Positions 54,193 to 62,994 of a stretch of DNA of 64,000 nt are shown in pieces (position 1 is the first letter of the stretch; every line of letters begins with the position of its first letter). Source of the DNA: an uncultured Candidatus Saccharibacteria bacterium (GTDB lineage Bacteria > Patescibacteriota > Saccharimonadia > Saccharimonadales > VXPC01); contig CAZHOS010000001.1 of NCBI GenBank assembly GCA_964534605.1, forward strand, positions 39,198-103,197, given 5' to 3'. A program made the position numbers and the translations under genes. The notes beneath the pieces are model-generated. The model saw nothing but the letters and a program-made list of their open reading frames with translations, did no database searches and was not told the origin of the DNA.

Positions 54193-54896
54193 TAAATCAA
54201 CTCCATCGTAAACAACATTTCTTCTGCAAGCATCCTCCTACTTTCGTCCACAACAGTTCCGTCGGGAAGTTGTTTTGACAAAAATGCTCGTGACTCCTGG
54301 CCACTATCGTGGCTAACGATAAATAGGAAATGAGGGTAATCAAAGCCTTCAGGAGGTTGATCTAGGTCATCTCCTGTAGTGCTAAAGACTCTTACGTTAG
54401 TTCCGTTGGCTCCAGCGCTAATCAAGTCGACCTCTACATAACCTTCTAGCTCTTCTATCGTAGGTCGAAGCCCTTCATCCTTACCGGGCTCATGCATAAT
54501 AAACTCAAAGAACCCCCCTATACCCCCAGGACCTTCAACCACCTGAGCTGCAACACCTTCTTCATACACCAAAGGCGTGTCATCACCACATAGACTGGAT
54601 GCCAGAGTTCCCGTACTTTCTGTGTGGCATAAAGTCCACCCATCTGGGATTCTTACACTATAAAAATCATTCTCATGCAAAAGCCACGTATCAGTTATTC
54701 TTGCTAATGCAGCCTCTCCCTCCTGGTTTGATGAACTTTCGCCTACTTGACTAGATGCTGCTGTAGGATTTTGCTCTGTCTGACTATCGTCTGATCGATT
54801 TATTGCCAAAAAACCTAAAATAGAAATGATAGCAATCAGGCCAACTACAAATACCAGTTCAACCGTACTGAAGCCTTTTTTGTTTATTGATACCAT
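54192..54896 (-). CDS. type IV pilin-like / pseudopilin protein (class III signal peptide)
   Basis: N-terminus MVSINKKG-FSTVELVFVVGLIAIISILGF is a prepilin leader followed by a hydrophobic helix. About 190-aa C-terminal domain with a Cys pair. Confidence 0.65.
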   Translation of the reverse strand: MVSINKKGFSTVELVFVVGLIAIISILGFLAINRSDDSQTEQNPTAASSQVGESSSNQEGEAALARITDTWLLHENDFYSVRIPDGWTLCHTESTGTLASSLCGDDTPLVYEEGVAAQVVEGPGGIGGFFEFIMHEPGKDEGLRPTIEELEGYVEVDLISAGANGTNVRVFSTTGDDLDQPPEGFDYPHFLFIVSHDSGQESRAFLSKQLPDGTVVDESRRMLAEEMLFTMELI

Positions 54897-54911
54897 TTAC
54901 TGTGTTTTCCT

Positions 54912-56150
54912 TTAATCCTTAGTCAGTTTTTCTGGAGCTATGAGGTCGTTATCTAATTGCTTGAGGATCTGGTCCTCTAGAATATCTTGGCCCATGTAGC
55001 GCATAAAGACTTCGTTCCAGAGTGCCTCGCGGAAATGGTAGATCTCGCGCTTGGAATACGGCGTTTTATTCGTAAAGCTAGCAGCAACGTCCATCATATT
55101 AAGTACAACTGGGCGCTTGCCATGCATTACTCCGACATAATCCATGTCTTCCCAAAATTTTAGCTCTGGAGCTATTTGGTAAAGCACGCTTTCGGCGTGG
55201 CGCCAATGCAGGTCCTCTGGTTGGACGTGTGGCTGGAAGACTTCAGGATGATACTCATTCTCTAGCTTGCCGAAATAGCGCTGTATAACTCGCCAGTGGA
55301 CTTTATTGCCAGCCATAATTGCAGCGTCTGAGGGATCGGCAAGCAGTGTGTTTACAAATATCTCGCCAAAGTTTGGCTTGACCTGCTGCATTTTAAAGAA
55401 TGTGCTGTAGAGGCGTACTTCGTTAAGGTAATGGAAGAGGAGTGATAGCGCCCACAGCGTAATGCCTGGCAGGTGGTCTTTCTTGACTGGCAGCATAATA
55501 ATGCAGCCCATCTCTTTGCTATGGGTGATGTTGTGCTTCTTTTTCTTGACGAAACCTTCGGCCATGTCTGCCCAACGATCGGGCATAACAACAATTTCGA
55601 TCTTACGCGTTTCGAAGTCCGAGGGCTTAAGAGTCTTGTACTTCTCATTAAAAGCGTCTAGCCAGTCGCCGCCTTCGGAAAAGCGTAATGCACCAAATAG
55701 CTCAAAGATGTTCTCTTTCTTAAGCATACTGTCAACACTGCGGTAACCAAGCAACTTCATCATGCTCGGTGGTGGAGTATCGCGCAGGAACTTCTTGGCA
55801 ACGCTCTTCTTCATAACCCAACAGTCACGCGGTACGTCGACGGCCTCTTCTGCGGCCTTGATCTTTGGTATTAGCTGGCTTACGGTGTCCTTGTGTGTGC
55901 CGCCGATGGTCTTAAGCAATATATCGTTATGCTCGCTAATCTTGGCAATTAGAGCCTCGTAGAGCTCCTTGCCAGTCGTGTCGTCTGGATCGAGGCCCAG
56001 CTCTTCGAGCTTCATGCGCACTTTGCCCATTATCTCAGCTGTTAGTCGTACATCTACACTGGGGTTACCACTCGTTTTTTCTAGCTGCCTAAGGCTGATA
56101 GAAAATAGTGGTTCTTCTGCAGCCAGCAGATCTGATATAAGTTTACTCAT
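54912..56150 (-). CDS. hypothetical cytoplasmic protein (412 aa), first gene of the pilin-like/LOG-like operon
   Basis: No TM segments and no motif recognised. Lies 15 nt upstream of the pilin-like gene and 38 nt downstream of pfkB. Confidence 0.45.
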   Translation of the reverse strand: MSKLISDLLAAEEPLFSISLRQLEKTSGNPSVDVRLTAEIMGKVRMKLEELGLDPDDTTGKELYEALIAKISEHNDILLKTIGGTHKDTVSQLIPKIKAAEEAVDVPRDCWVMKKSVAKKFLRDTPPPSMMKLLGYRSVDSMLKKENIFELFGALRFSEGGDWLDAFNEKYKTLKPSDFETRKIEIVVMPDRWADMAEGFVKKKKHNITHSKEMGCIIMLPVKKDHLPGITLWALSLLFHYLNEVRLYSTFFKMQQVKPNFGEIFVNTLLADPSDAAIMAGNKVHWRVIQRYFGKLENEYHPEVFQPHVQPEDLHWRHAESVLYQIAPELKFWEDMDYVGVMHGKRPVVLNMMDVAASFTNKTPYSKREIYHFREALWNEVFMRYMGQDILEDQILKQLDNDLIAPEKLTKD

Positions 56151-56187
56151 TAAATAAAGTTTACCATAAGCGCTTAGAAATTTTGGC

Positions 56188-57153
56188 TTAAATATCGGAT
56201 ATTTCTATCGGCATGTCATGGAGCTCGGCATCTGCTTGCAGAATACCTGGCTTGGCGCCAATATGACCAACGACGCTCGTACTATTTGCACTAGCAAATG
56301 TTATGCACTCGGGGATAGATTTGCCTTGGGCGAACATAGCCGTAAATCCGCTACCAAAGGCATCGCCAGCGCCGGTTCTGTCCACTACTGGAACGTCTTC
56401 GTACATGCCTGCTACATATAGTTTTTGCCCGTCGCACACCGCCACACCGTTGGGGCCGTCACTAACTATAGCTACAACGTTGGCGTCCTTAGCGGCATTT
56501 ATTGCTAGTTCTTCCTTAGTCTTGCCGTCGAACAACAAGGCCGTCTCTTCCTTATTAAGCGCTAGCAGGTCTACCTTGTCGATTAGCGGCCGCAGCTTTT
56601 TGGTGTCCTGCAAGTCTAGTGTGCCTGGGTTGAAGGCCATGCAGATCTCTTGCTGGGCAGCATGCTCGATGACCTTGCTGGTTAGATCGAACGTGCCGAT
56701 GGATGACAGGTAAAGCCAGTCGCAGTCTAGGTGCGTGAAGAAATCTGGATGGCCCATATCTGCCTCTGTCTCGCCCTTTACTCGCAAGATCGTTCGCTCT
56801 CCGTTCGGTGCTAGCAGGATGACAGAGTAGCCAGTGCGCAGGCTCTTCATTACGGATGTATAAGTCGTGTCGATGTGCTCGCGCGCGAAAAGATCCATAA
56901 CGGCCAAGCCGACTGGATCATCACCAACAGCACCTACAAAGCTGCTATGCAGCCCTTGCCGGGCAAAAGTTACAGAAGCGTTACTGGCGTTACCGCCCGT
57001 GCTGAAGGTTGCGCCCTCTAGATAAAGCTTGTCGCCTAGGTGCAGCTCTATAAAATGATCACCATGCTCGTTAACTGGGGTTAGGATGTCGCCCTCAAGA
57101 AACACGTCTTGTGTAGCGGCACCTACTGATAGGATATGTATGTCTTTGTTCAT
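56188..57153 (-). CDS. PfkB-family carbohydrate/nucleoside kinase (ribokinase-like)
   Basis: 321 aa; GG motif region, GATFSTGGNASNAS, and C-terminal DRTGAGDAFGSGF anion-hole/catalytic Asp motif. Confidence 0.85.
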   Translation of the reverse strand: MNKDIHILSVGAATQDVFLEGDILTPVNEHGDHFIELHLGDKLYLEGATFSTGGNASNASVTFARQGLHSSFVGAVGDDPVGLAVMDLFAREHIDTTYTSVMKSLRTGYSVILLAPNGERTILRVKGETEADMGHPDFFTHLDCDWLYLSSIGTFDLTSKVIEHAAQQEICMAFNPGTLDLQDTKKLRPLIDKVDLLALNKEETALLFDGKTKEELAINAAKDANVVAIVSDGPNGVAVCDGQKLYVAGMYEDVPVVDRTGAGDAFGSGFTAMFAQGKSIPECITFASANSTSVVGHIGAKPGILQADAELHDMPIEISDI

Positions 57154-57197
57154 GCCTAAATAATAAAGCTTATGGCATGTCTGTACAAACTAAATCC

Positions 57198-57233
57198 ACC
57201 AGTCAAATTTCACGATCGTGAAATTTGACTGGT
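57198..57233. promoter_or_regulatory. 36-bp perfect palindrome overlapping the 3' end of the regulator gene, 45 bp upstream of the pfkB start
   Basis: ACCAGTCAAATTTCACGATCGTGAAATTTGACTGGT; its 32-bp core is identical to the palindrome at 57751..57782. Confidence 0.6.
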
Positions 57234-57746
57234 ATTGAATCCTTCTATCTCTTCGGCTCTGACGTATACAATGTCACCCTTCCCGCCGTAAGCATCAACC
57301 AGAGATCTAAATTGCTGCAGGCACTCGTACTTATGTGCCCACACACTTTTTTGCAGCTGGATCATGCCTAGTAGTTTTATTTGCCGTCGAACTGCATCAC
57401 GCAGAGGTCTATTATCTTCCGGTATATCGAACATCATGATTCTCCATTTACCGTCCCATACGTCCGGCTTGGTGATGGCCTGCAGTTTAAGCTTGGCGAG
57501 TTTACGGAGTCCTTTTTTTGTTATTTCATACGACTCGTCATTTTTCTTACTTATATACCCAGACCTGTACGCACTGTCGAACTTACTATTAAGTTTAGAT
57601 CTGCTGTAGCCAACACTTGCATTTGAGTTAAACAGCCCGTCTATTAAGCTGCGACGCTTCGACTTGTCATCACTTAATTTTGATCTGACATTATCTAGTA
57701 GCTGGAGTAAGACTAACTCTCCTGTTCGTGAACTCATGAGATTCAT
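57210..57746 (-). CDS. putative transcriptional regulator with PaaX-C-like C-terminal domain
   Basis: 178 aa from ATG 57746 (MNLMSSRTGELVLLQLLDN...). C-terminal WDGKWRIMMFDIPEDNRPLRDAVRRQIKLLGMIQLQKSVW resembles the PaaX C-terminal domain pattern. N-terminal region is wHTH-like. Its last 6 codons and stop lie inside the 3' palindrome, and the 5' palindrome abuts the start codon. Confidence 0.45.
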   Translation of the reverse strand: MNLMSSRTGELVLLQLLDNVRSKLSDDKSKRRSLIDGLFNSNASVGYSRSKLNSKFDSAYRSGYISKKNDESYEITKKGLRKLAKLKLQAITKPDVWDGKWRIMMFDIPEDNRPLRDAVRRQIKLLGMIQLQKSVWAHKYECLQQFRSLVDAYGGKGDIVYVRAEEIEGFNTSQISRS

Positions 57747-57786
57747 TTTACAGTCAAATTTCACGATCGTGAAATTTGACTGTAAA
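57747..57786. promoter_or_regulatory. 40-bp perfect palindrome abutting the regulator start codon
   Basis: TTTACAGTCAAATTTCACGATCGTGAAATTTGACTGTAAA; shares the 32-bp core with 57198..57233 but has different palindromic extensions. Confidence 0.6.
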
Positions 57787-57888
57787 TATTGGTTTTGAAG
57801 ATTTTTTTGTTCTGTTTCTGATGCATATTATGTCTGAATAGTTGTATTTTTTGCAAAATTCTTGGCATAAGCTTTATCGTTTGTTACA

Positions 57889-58395
57889 GTGAGATTAATG
57901 TCACAAAAATATAAAAATAAAGAATACCCACCTTTCAAGGCAACTATTATTGGTGCACCCGGCCAAGAACCCTTTAAAGGAAGTGAGCTGTTAGCCGCGG
58001 CAATGACCGTAGAGGGTCTAGGCATTACTCTGAGTAAACGCATGGCTAAAGTAGCCAAAGACATCGGAGGGGTTTCTTTGAGTGACGAGAGAGCATTTTT
58101 TACGATAGGACTTGGCGAAGGTGTCTCTGTTGGGGTGTTTGACGATGACTACATGGGATTAGGATGGACCGAGGTGAGCACTATGCCAGCAAGATTAAAT
58201 ATTATGTGTGAGAGATCCTATGCACATCTTTGCTGCGTGCCTACTGGCGACAACAACAGGATTACTCCTGGCAATAATGTCGGGACCCTAAAATTAATCA
58301 CTAGCGCAGTCAGGCTGCTGAGGAATAACCCAGACTACGAAGACAGGATAGATCCTAAAGAACTACTCCCATCTGTTGCTGATCGTATAGGTTAA
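57889..58395 (+). CDS. hypothetical protein
   Basis: 168 aa, no recognisable motif. Plus-strand gene between the regulator and the aldolase. Confidence 0.4.
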   Translation: MRLMSQKYKNKEYPPFKATIIGAPGQEPFKGSELLAAAMTVEGLGITLSKRMAKVAKDIGGVSLSDERAFFTIGLGEGVSVGVFDDDYMGLGWTEVSTMPARLNIMCERSYAHLCCVPTGDNNRITPGNNVGTLKLITSAVRLLRNNPDYEDRIDPKELLPSVADRIG

Positions 58396-58403
58396 AATAA
58401 ATA

Positions 58404-59342
58404 TTAGACGTTTGCTTTGCCAGTTGAGTTGTAGCTCTTTAGCTTGTCCTCTACGACTGCCTGCACAGCATCCATAACTTCACCCATTAGTTTCATAACA
58501 GCAAATTGATCTGGGTTCTCTTTTAGTTGACGCTCGAGAGTAGTACGGAATGCCTTCCGCATATCGCTATTAATATTAATTTTTGTTACGCCTATCTGAA
58601 TTGCGTCCTCAAAAAAGTGTCCGGGCGTACCAGATCCGCCGTGCAGACTAATGTTAACGTCCTTGGGCAATGCTCTGCGCACTTGTTCTAGCAACTTTAG
58701 GTCCAAGACCTTGGGTACTGGGTAGCTGCCGTGTAGGTTGCCGACTGCAGCCGCGAACGTATCAATGCCTGTGGCTTTCGTAAAGTCCTTGCTACCCTTT
58801 GGTGTGCTGAATGTCTTTTTTATTTCGTCGTAGTCAAAAGCTTCTTTGTGGACATTGCTGGATCCACCAAAATAGTGTGGCTCGCTCTCGACAAGCGCAC
58901 CGGATATGACGGTAGCATAGTCTACCACCTCTTTAGTTGCAGCGACTATCTCTTTGTCGGTAATAGAGCCTGGATCGTCTTTGTGGGCCTGGGATATATC
59001 TATATGGATAAATTCATAGCCATGGTCGATAGCGGTCTTCGCAGCCTCGACAGTCGGACTGTGATCGAGATTGATATACACCTCGATCCCGTATTCTTTT
59101 TTGTAATTATCGACCATGTCACGGACATTCTCGAGGCCCAAGGCTTGAGCTTCGCCGTTGCTGATCTCTACCATGACAGGCGCTTGGAACTTCTGGGCTG
59201 CCTTACAAATTGCAATTAAGGTTTCCTGGTTGTCTATATTAAATGCCCCAACGGCGAACTTCTCGCCGCGTGCGCGCTCCATTAATTTACGGGCTGCTTG
59301 GCAGTTTTCTCGAATTTGCGTAAGTGTTAACGACATGCTCAC
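58404..59342 (-). CDS. fba: class II fructose-bisphosphate (or tagatose-bisphosphate) aldolase
   Basis: 312 aa; ...NLDHS..., LHGGSGTPGHFFEDAIQIGVTKININSD - zinc-dependent class II aldolase signatures. Confidence 0.85.
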   Translation of the reverse strand: MSMSLTLTQIRENCQAARKLMERARGEKFAVGAFNIDNQETLIAICKAAQKFQAPVMVEISNGEAQALGLENVRDMVDNYKKEYGIEVYINLDHSPTVEAAKTAIDHGYEFIHIDISQAHKDDPGSITDKEIVAATKEVVDYATVISGALVESEPHYFGGSSNVHKEAFDYDEIKKTFSTPKGSKDFTKATGIDTFAAAVGNLHGSYPVPKVLDLKLLEQVRRALPKDVNISLHGGSGTPGHFFEDAIQIGVTKININSDMRKAFRTTLERQLKENPDQFAVMKLMGEVMDAVQAVVEDKLKSYNSTGKANV

Positions 59343-59398
59343 ATTATCTCATATAAACCCTGTAGGCAACAAACTTCTTACAGTTTTTACTATGCGCA

Positions 59399-59926
59399 GT
59401 GCATGGTATATTGATCGGTAATATGCCAGGTGTAACTAGCGGAGTAATCGATAAAATACCAGACAACTGGGATCTTGCGGCTTTTAGCGCGGAGGAGCCC
59501 TTTAGATACAGCGCTCTCTTTAGCGGGTTCAGTCTAGGCCTAGAGCTATCACATGAGTATACCTACAACACCCATCTAACAGTACCAACTTACTTGCAAA
59601 CAGATAGCTTAAAAAATAGATCAAACGGCCTTCTAGGTAAAGGTAAGGGTTTCTTCCCTGTCATAACACAAGAGTTCGATCCGGCGGTATTTCCACCTAC
59701 ATACATGAGATTCATGATACTTAATCACTCCTACAACCCTTACGTGGGTATGCATGGGCAGATGCCGCCTACCGACAATGTTCTACCCGGTACAGGCACC
59801 AAAGGCTTTACTATTGTACCGTACACAGACATAGGGAAGTTCCAGGCTGAACTAGTCGATACCTACCGTCATGCGGCTAGAGGTATACTGGATGTTCTTC
59901 TGGAGTTCTACGCCGAGGGTAACTAA
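59399..59926 (+). CDS. hypothetical protein
   Basis: 175 aa, Pro/Tyr-rich, no motif recognised. Overlaps the transketolase stop by 4 nt on the opposite strand. Confidence 0.35.
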   Translation: MHGILIGNMPGVTSGVIDKIPDNWDLAAFSAEEPFRYSALFSGFSLGLELSHEYTYNTHLTVPTYLQTDSLKNRSNGLLGKGKGFFPVITQEFDPAVFPPTYMRFMILNHSYNPYVGMHGQMPPTDNVLPGTGTKGFTIVPYTDIGKFQAELVDTYRHAARGILDVLLEFYAEGN

Positions 59927-60909
59927 GCCTTATTGGCTTGGATTAGGACTTCGTGGATAGCTGCCTTGATATGGGTACTCGTTAATCCATAACACTTCAT
60001 GAGCTCGTCAGGGGTTCCACTCTGGCCAAACTTATCTCGTACCCCAACACGCTTTAGTGGCACGGGGTGATGCTCGCTGACCAACTCGGCAATCGCTCCG
60101 CCCAGCCCTCCTGTTATCTGATGTTCCTCGGCCGTTACAACACAGCCTGTCTTCTGGATGCTCGTCAAGATAGTCGCTGCATCTAGCGGCTTGATAGTTG
60201 GGCAGTGGATAACCTCGACATCAACACCGTCTACAAATAGTTCGTGCGCTGCCTTAAGGGCGTGATAGGTCATGGTGCCAGTAGATACAATTGTGACGTC
60301 TGCGCCGCTAGCATAAACGTAAGCCTTGCCAATTTGAAAGGGTGTCTTGGTGGTTGTCACTGTCGGCACAGATTCGCGCGCCAAGCGGATATAGGCCGGG
60401 TTGACCTTGTCCTCGGCCAGCGCCAACGTTGCTTTGCGGGCTTCTTCGTAATCTGCCGGAGCAATAACCAGCATATGGGGGATAGCACGCATGATTGCAA
60501 TGTCCTCGAGCATCTGGTGTGTAGCACCGTCTGGGCCAACGCTAATGCCAGCGTGTGCACCGACGACTCGGACCGGTACTTCGTTAAGGGCGGCTGTTGT
60601 CCTGATCTGCTCCCAGTTACGACCCGGATTAAAGGCGGCGTAACTAGCTGCAAAAGGTATCAGACCCTGGCTAGCCATACCCGAAGCAACTGTCACGAGG
60701 TTTTGCTCGGCTATACCGACCTCAAAGAACCTGTCTGGGAAGGCGTCCGCGAAGAAGTTCATATTGGTCGATTCTGTTAAATCAGCACAGAGCCCAACAA
60801 CACAGTCGTCACGCTCGCCGGCCTCGCGCAGACCGATGCCAAAACCTTCGCGGATCTTTTTGTTCTCTACATCTTTATCTATATCTACTAAATAATAAGG
60901 CTTGGACAT
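59923..60909 (-). CDS. transketolase, C-terminal (pyrimidine-binding plus C-terminal domain) subunit
   Basis: 328 aa; matches the C-terminal half of transketolase (...GPDGATHQMLEDIAIMRAIPHMLV...). Split-gene arrangement with the adjacent N-terminal subunit. Confidence 0.9.
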   Translation of the reverse strand: MSKPYYLVDIDKDVENKKIREGFGIGLREAGERDDCVVGLCADLTESTNMNFFADAFPDRFFEVGIAEQNLVTVASGMASQGLIPFAASYAAFNPGRNWEQIRTTAALNEVPVRVVGAHAGISVGPDGATHQMLEDIAIMRAIPHMLVIAPADYEEARKATLALAEDKVNPAYIRLARESVPTVTTTKTPFQIGKAYVYASGADVTIVSTGTMTYHALKAAHELFVDGVDVEVIHCPTIKPLDAATILTSIQKTGCVVTAEEHQITGGLGGAIAELVSEHHPVPLKRVGVRDKFGQSGTPDELMKCYGLTSTHIKAAIHEVLIQANKA

Positions 60910-61787
60910 TACTGATGCTCCCCTGTTATCTTGCCGCCAAGTGTGCGCAGCTGATGCAAAGCCTCTTTGGCTTCTTTGTGATTAGGCGGTTTACCGTGCC
61001 AATGGAAGTCGTATTCCATAAAGTCTACACCCTTGCCTGCAACAGTATGGGCGATGATCATAACCGGTTTTTCTAGTATGGCTCTGCCTTGAGCACAAGC
61101 ATCGATGACAGATTCGATATTATTGCCATCAATCTCGATCACATGCCAGCCGAAGGCCTCCCATTTAGCGCTAAGATCCTCTAGCGGCATGACATCCTCG
61201 GTGGCGCCGTCGATCTGGATGTTGTTGCGGTCGATTATGCCTATAACATTATTGAGGCGATAGCGGTTGGCGTACATTGCCGCTTCCCAAATATTTCCTT
61301 CGTTAAGCTCGCCGTCACCCATAACGACATAGATCCAACGATGTTTGATGCTCTGCATCTTCCAGGCATTTGCGATACCACATGCCTGGCTAAGTCCGCA
61401 GCCAAGCGGACCGCTGGTGCTCTCCATGCCGGGTAGCTTTGTGCGCTCTGGGTGTCCCTGCAGCCTTGTGCCGAACTTGCGTAGAGTCTTTAGCTCCTTC
61501 TTGCTAAAATAACCGGCTTCCGCCATGGTGGCGTAGCGTACTGGCACGGTATGGCCGGCACTGAGGATTAAAACGTCGCGCTTGTCCCAGTCTGGATCGT
61601 CTGGGTCGTGCTTCATGACATCGAAGTATAGCGCTGTAAATATATCGGCCAATCCCAGCGGGCCAGCACTGTGACCACTACCGGCCTCTTCCAGCATACT
61701 AACGATGTCTTTACGAATATTATTTGCTGTACGCTGCAACTGCGTTATGCTGCGCTTCTTTTGTGTATAGTTCTTAACTTTTCCCAT
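60909..61787 (-). CDS. transketolase, N-terminal (thiamine-diphosphate-binding) subunit
   Basis: 292 aa; SAGHTVPVRYATMAEAG..., GDGELNEGNIWEA TPP-binding motif. Start/stop overlap with the C-terminal subunit gene. Confidence 0.9.
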   Translation of the reverse strand: MGKVKNYTQKKRSITQLQRTANNIRKDIVSMLEEAGSGHSAGPLGLADIFTALYFDVMKHDPDDPDWDKRDVLILSAGHTVPVRYATMAEAGYFSKKELKTLRKFGTRLQGHPERTKLPGMESTSGPLGCGLSQACGIANAWKMQSIKHRWIYVVMGDGELNEGNIWEAAMYANRYRLNNVIGIIDRNNIQIDGATEDVMPLEDLSAKWEAFGWHVIEIDGNNIESVIDACAQGRAILEKPVMIIAHTVAGKGVDFMEYDFHWHGKPPNHKEAKEALHQLRTLGGKITGEHQ

Positions 61788-61798
61788 CTTGCTTGTGA

Positions 61799-62425
61799 TT
61801 ATAGCAAAGAGCTGAGGTATTCATAAGCTTTTTGTGGATCATCTGCCCCGCGTATAGCACTACCTGCAAATATTACGTCTATCCCAGCCTCTGCTAGTTG
61901 ACTCACGTTATCTGCGTTGGCCCCGCCGTCCCAGCCAATCTCGACATTAGGGTGTTGCTGGCGCAGCTGATTAGCCTTTGCTAGCTGAGTGAGGTCTGCC
62001 ACGCCACCGTCATGGCCAAGGTGGCCCCCAAATACGAGTACATGCAGGGCCTTATCCAACAAGTACTCTACGTCTGGCACCTGGGTGTCTGGCAGCAATG
62101 CAATACCCGGTCTTATGCCTGCCGCGCCTATTGCAGACAGCATGGCACGTATATTTCCCTGCGCCTCGGCATGCAGAACAATGGTATTCGGGCGTAGGGC
62201 TATTAAGGAATCCAAATACTCAGCAGGATTACCGTACATGGCATGTATGTCTGCTTCCAACCCCTCTGGCCACCAGACTTGATCTGGGGCAATAGACGAT
62301 ACGCCGGCAAAATCTTCTTCCATAAGGTCTATATGCACACGGCTAGTGAATCCCTTTATGCTGTCCATGCCTTGATCGTAGCTCTCTCGGTTGCGTGCTA
62401 AAACTGTTGGTACGATAATACTCAT
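61799..62425 (-). CDS. rpe: ribulose-phosphate 3-epimerase family protein
   Basis: 208 aa TIM-barrel with HIDLMEEDF(A) and FGGHLGHDGG...GWDGGANADNV...AGSAI patterns matching Rpe and the allulose-6-P epimerase family. Confidence 0.7.
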   Translation of the reverse strand: MSIIVPTVLARNRESYDQGMDSIKGFTSRVHIDLMEEDFAGVSSIAPDQVWWPEGLEADIHAMYGNPAEYLDSLIALRPNTIVLHAEAQGNIRAMLSAIGAAGIRPGIALLPDTQVPDVEYLLDKALHVLVFGGHLGHDGGVADLTQLAKANQLRQQHPNVEIGWDGGANADNVSQLAEAGIDVIFAGSAIRGADDPQKAYEYLSSLL

Positions 62426-62474
62426 GCAACAATAGTACCAAGAACGTTCGTCTTATAGTAGAATAAACACAAGC

Positions 62475-62993
62475 ATGGACAGAAAAGAAATAAAACCAAT
62501 AGAGCCAGACTCACCAGCAGCAGAAACTGGAGCCAAAGATGCTGCCCAGAAAACACCAAAAAAAGAAACCCCCAATACAAGCAACCACGCCTTTAAGAGC
62601 GACGACGAGCGTAGTGAATTTGTAAAGCAGCTAATCGCCAGCAAGCAGTACTTCGTGAACATCCGCCAAAAGAAGTACAAACGCAGCGCCCTTGCCTCCA
62701 AGAAGCCACATAAAAAGAAAGCAGTAAAGCCTAAAGAGAGCAATGATCCAAATGCTGCTTCAAGATCAAAAATCGACTCCAGTACTCAAACTACGGGCGA
62801 TCTAGAAAAAGATGCTCAGCGACAAAAAATAATGCTTATCGCGGCTACAGTTATTTTTGCAGCAACTTATTTATTGATCGACGCCGGCGTACTGGATGTC
62901 GGCTTTGATGTGCCAATAGATATTATCCCCAATAGTGAGCCTGAAATTCCACTACTTGATGCAGAAGACGCACTAGAACCAGAGGCAATATAG
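62475..62993 (+). CDS. hypothetical Lys-rich protein with C-terminal TM segment, coupled to a pilin gene
   Basis: 172 aa; K/E/P-rich N-terminal 110 aa, TM IMLIAATVIFAATYLLI. Stop 1 nt before the pilin ATG. Confidence 0.45.
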   Translation: MDRKEIKPIEPDSPAAETGAKDAAQKTPKKETPNTSNHAFKSDDERSEFVKQLIASKQYFVNIRQKKYKRSALASKKPHKKKAVKPKESNDPNAASRSKIDSSTQTTGDLEKDAQRQKIMLIAATVIFAATYLLIDAGVLDVGFDVPIDIIPNSEPEIPLLDAEDALEPEAI

Positions 62994-62994
62994 T

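Noticed and set aside
57198-57233. Interpreting the 36-bp palindrome simply as the rho-independent terminator of the regulator gene
   Set aside because: An identical 32-bp core also sits at the gene's 5' end. The stem would be 16-18 bp of mostly A/T with a 4-nt loop. No clean U-tract follows. A shared operator or structural element explains both copies better, so this is kept as a finding rather than called a terminator.
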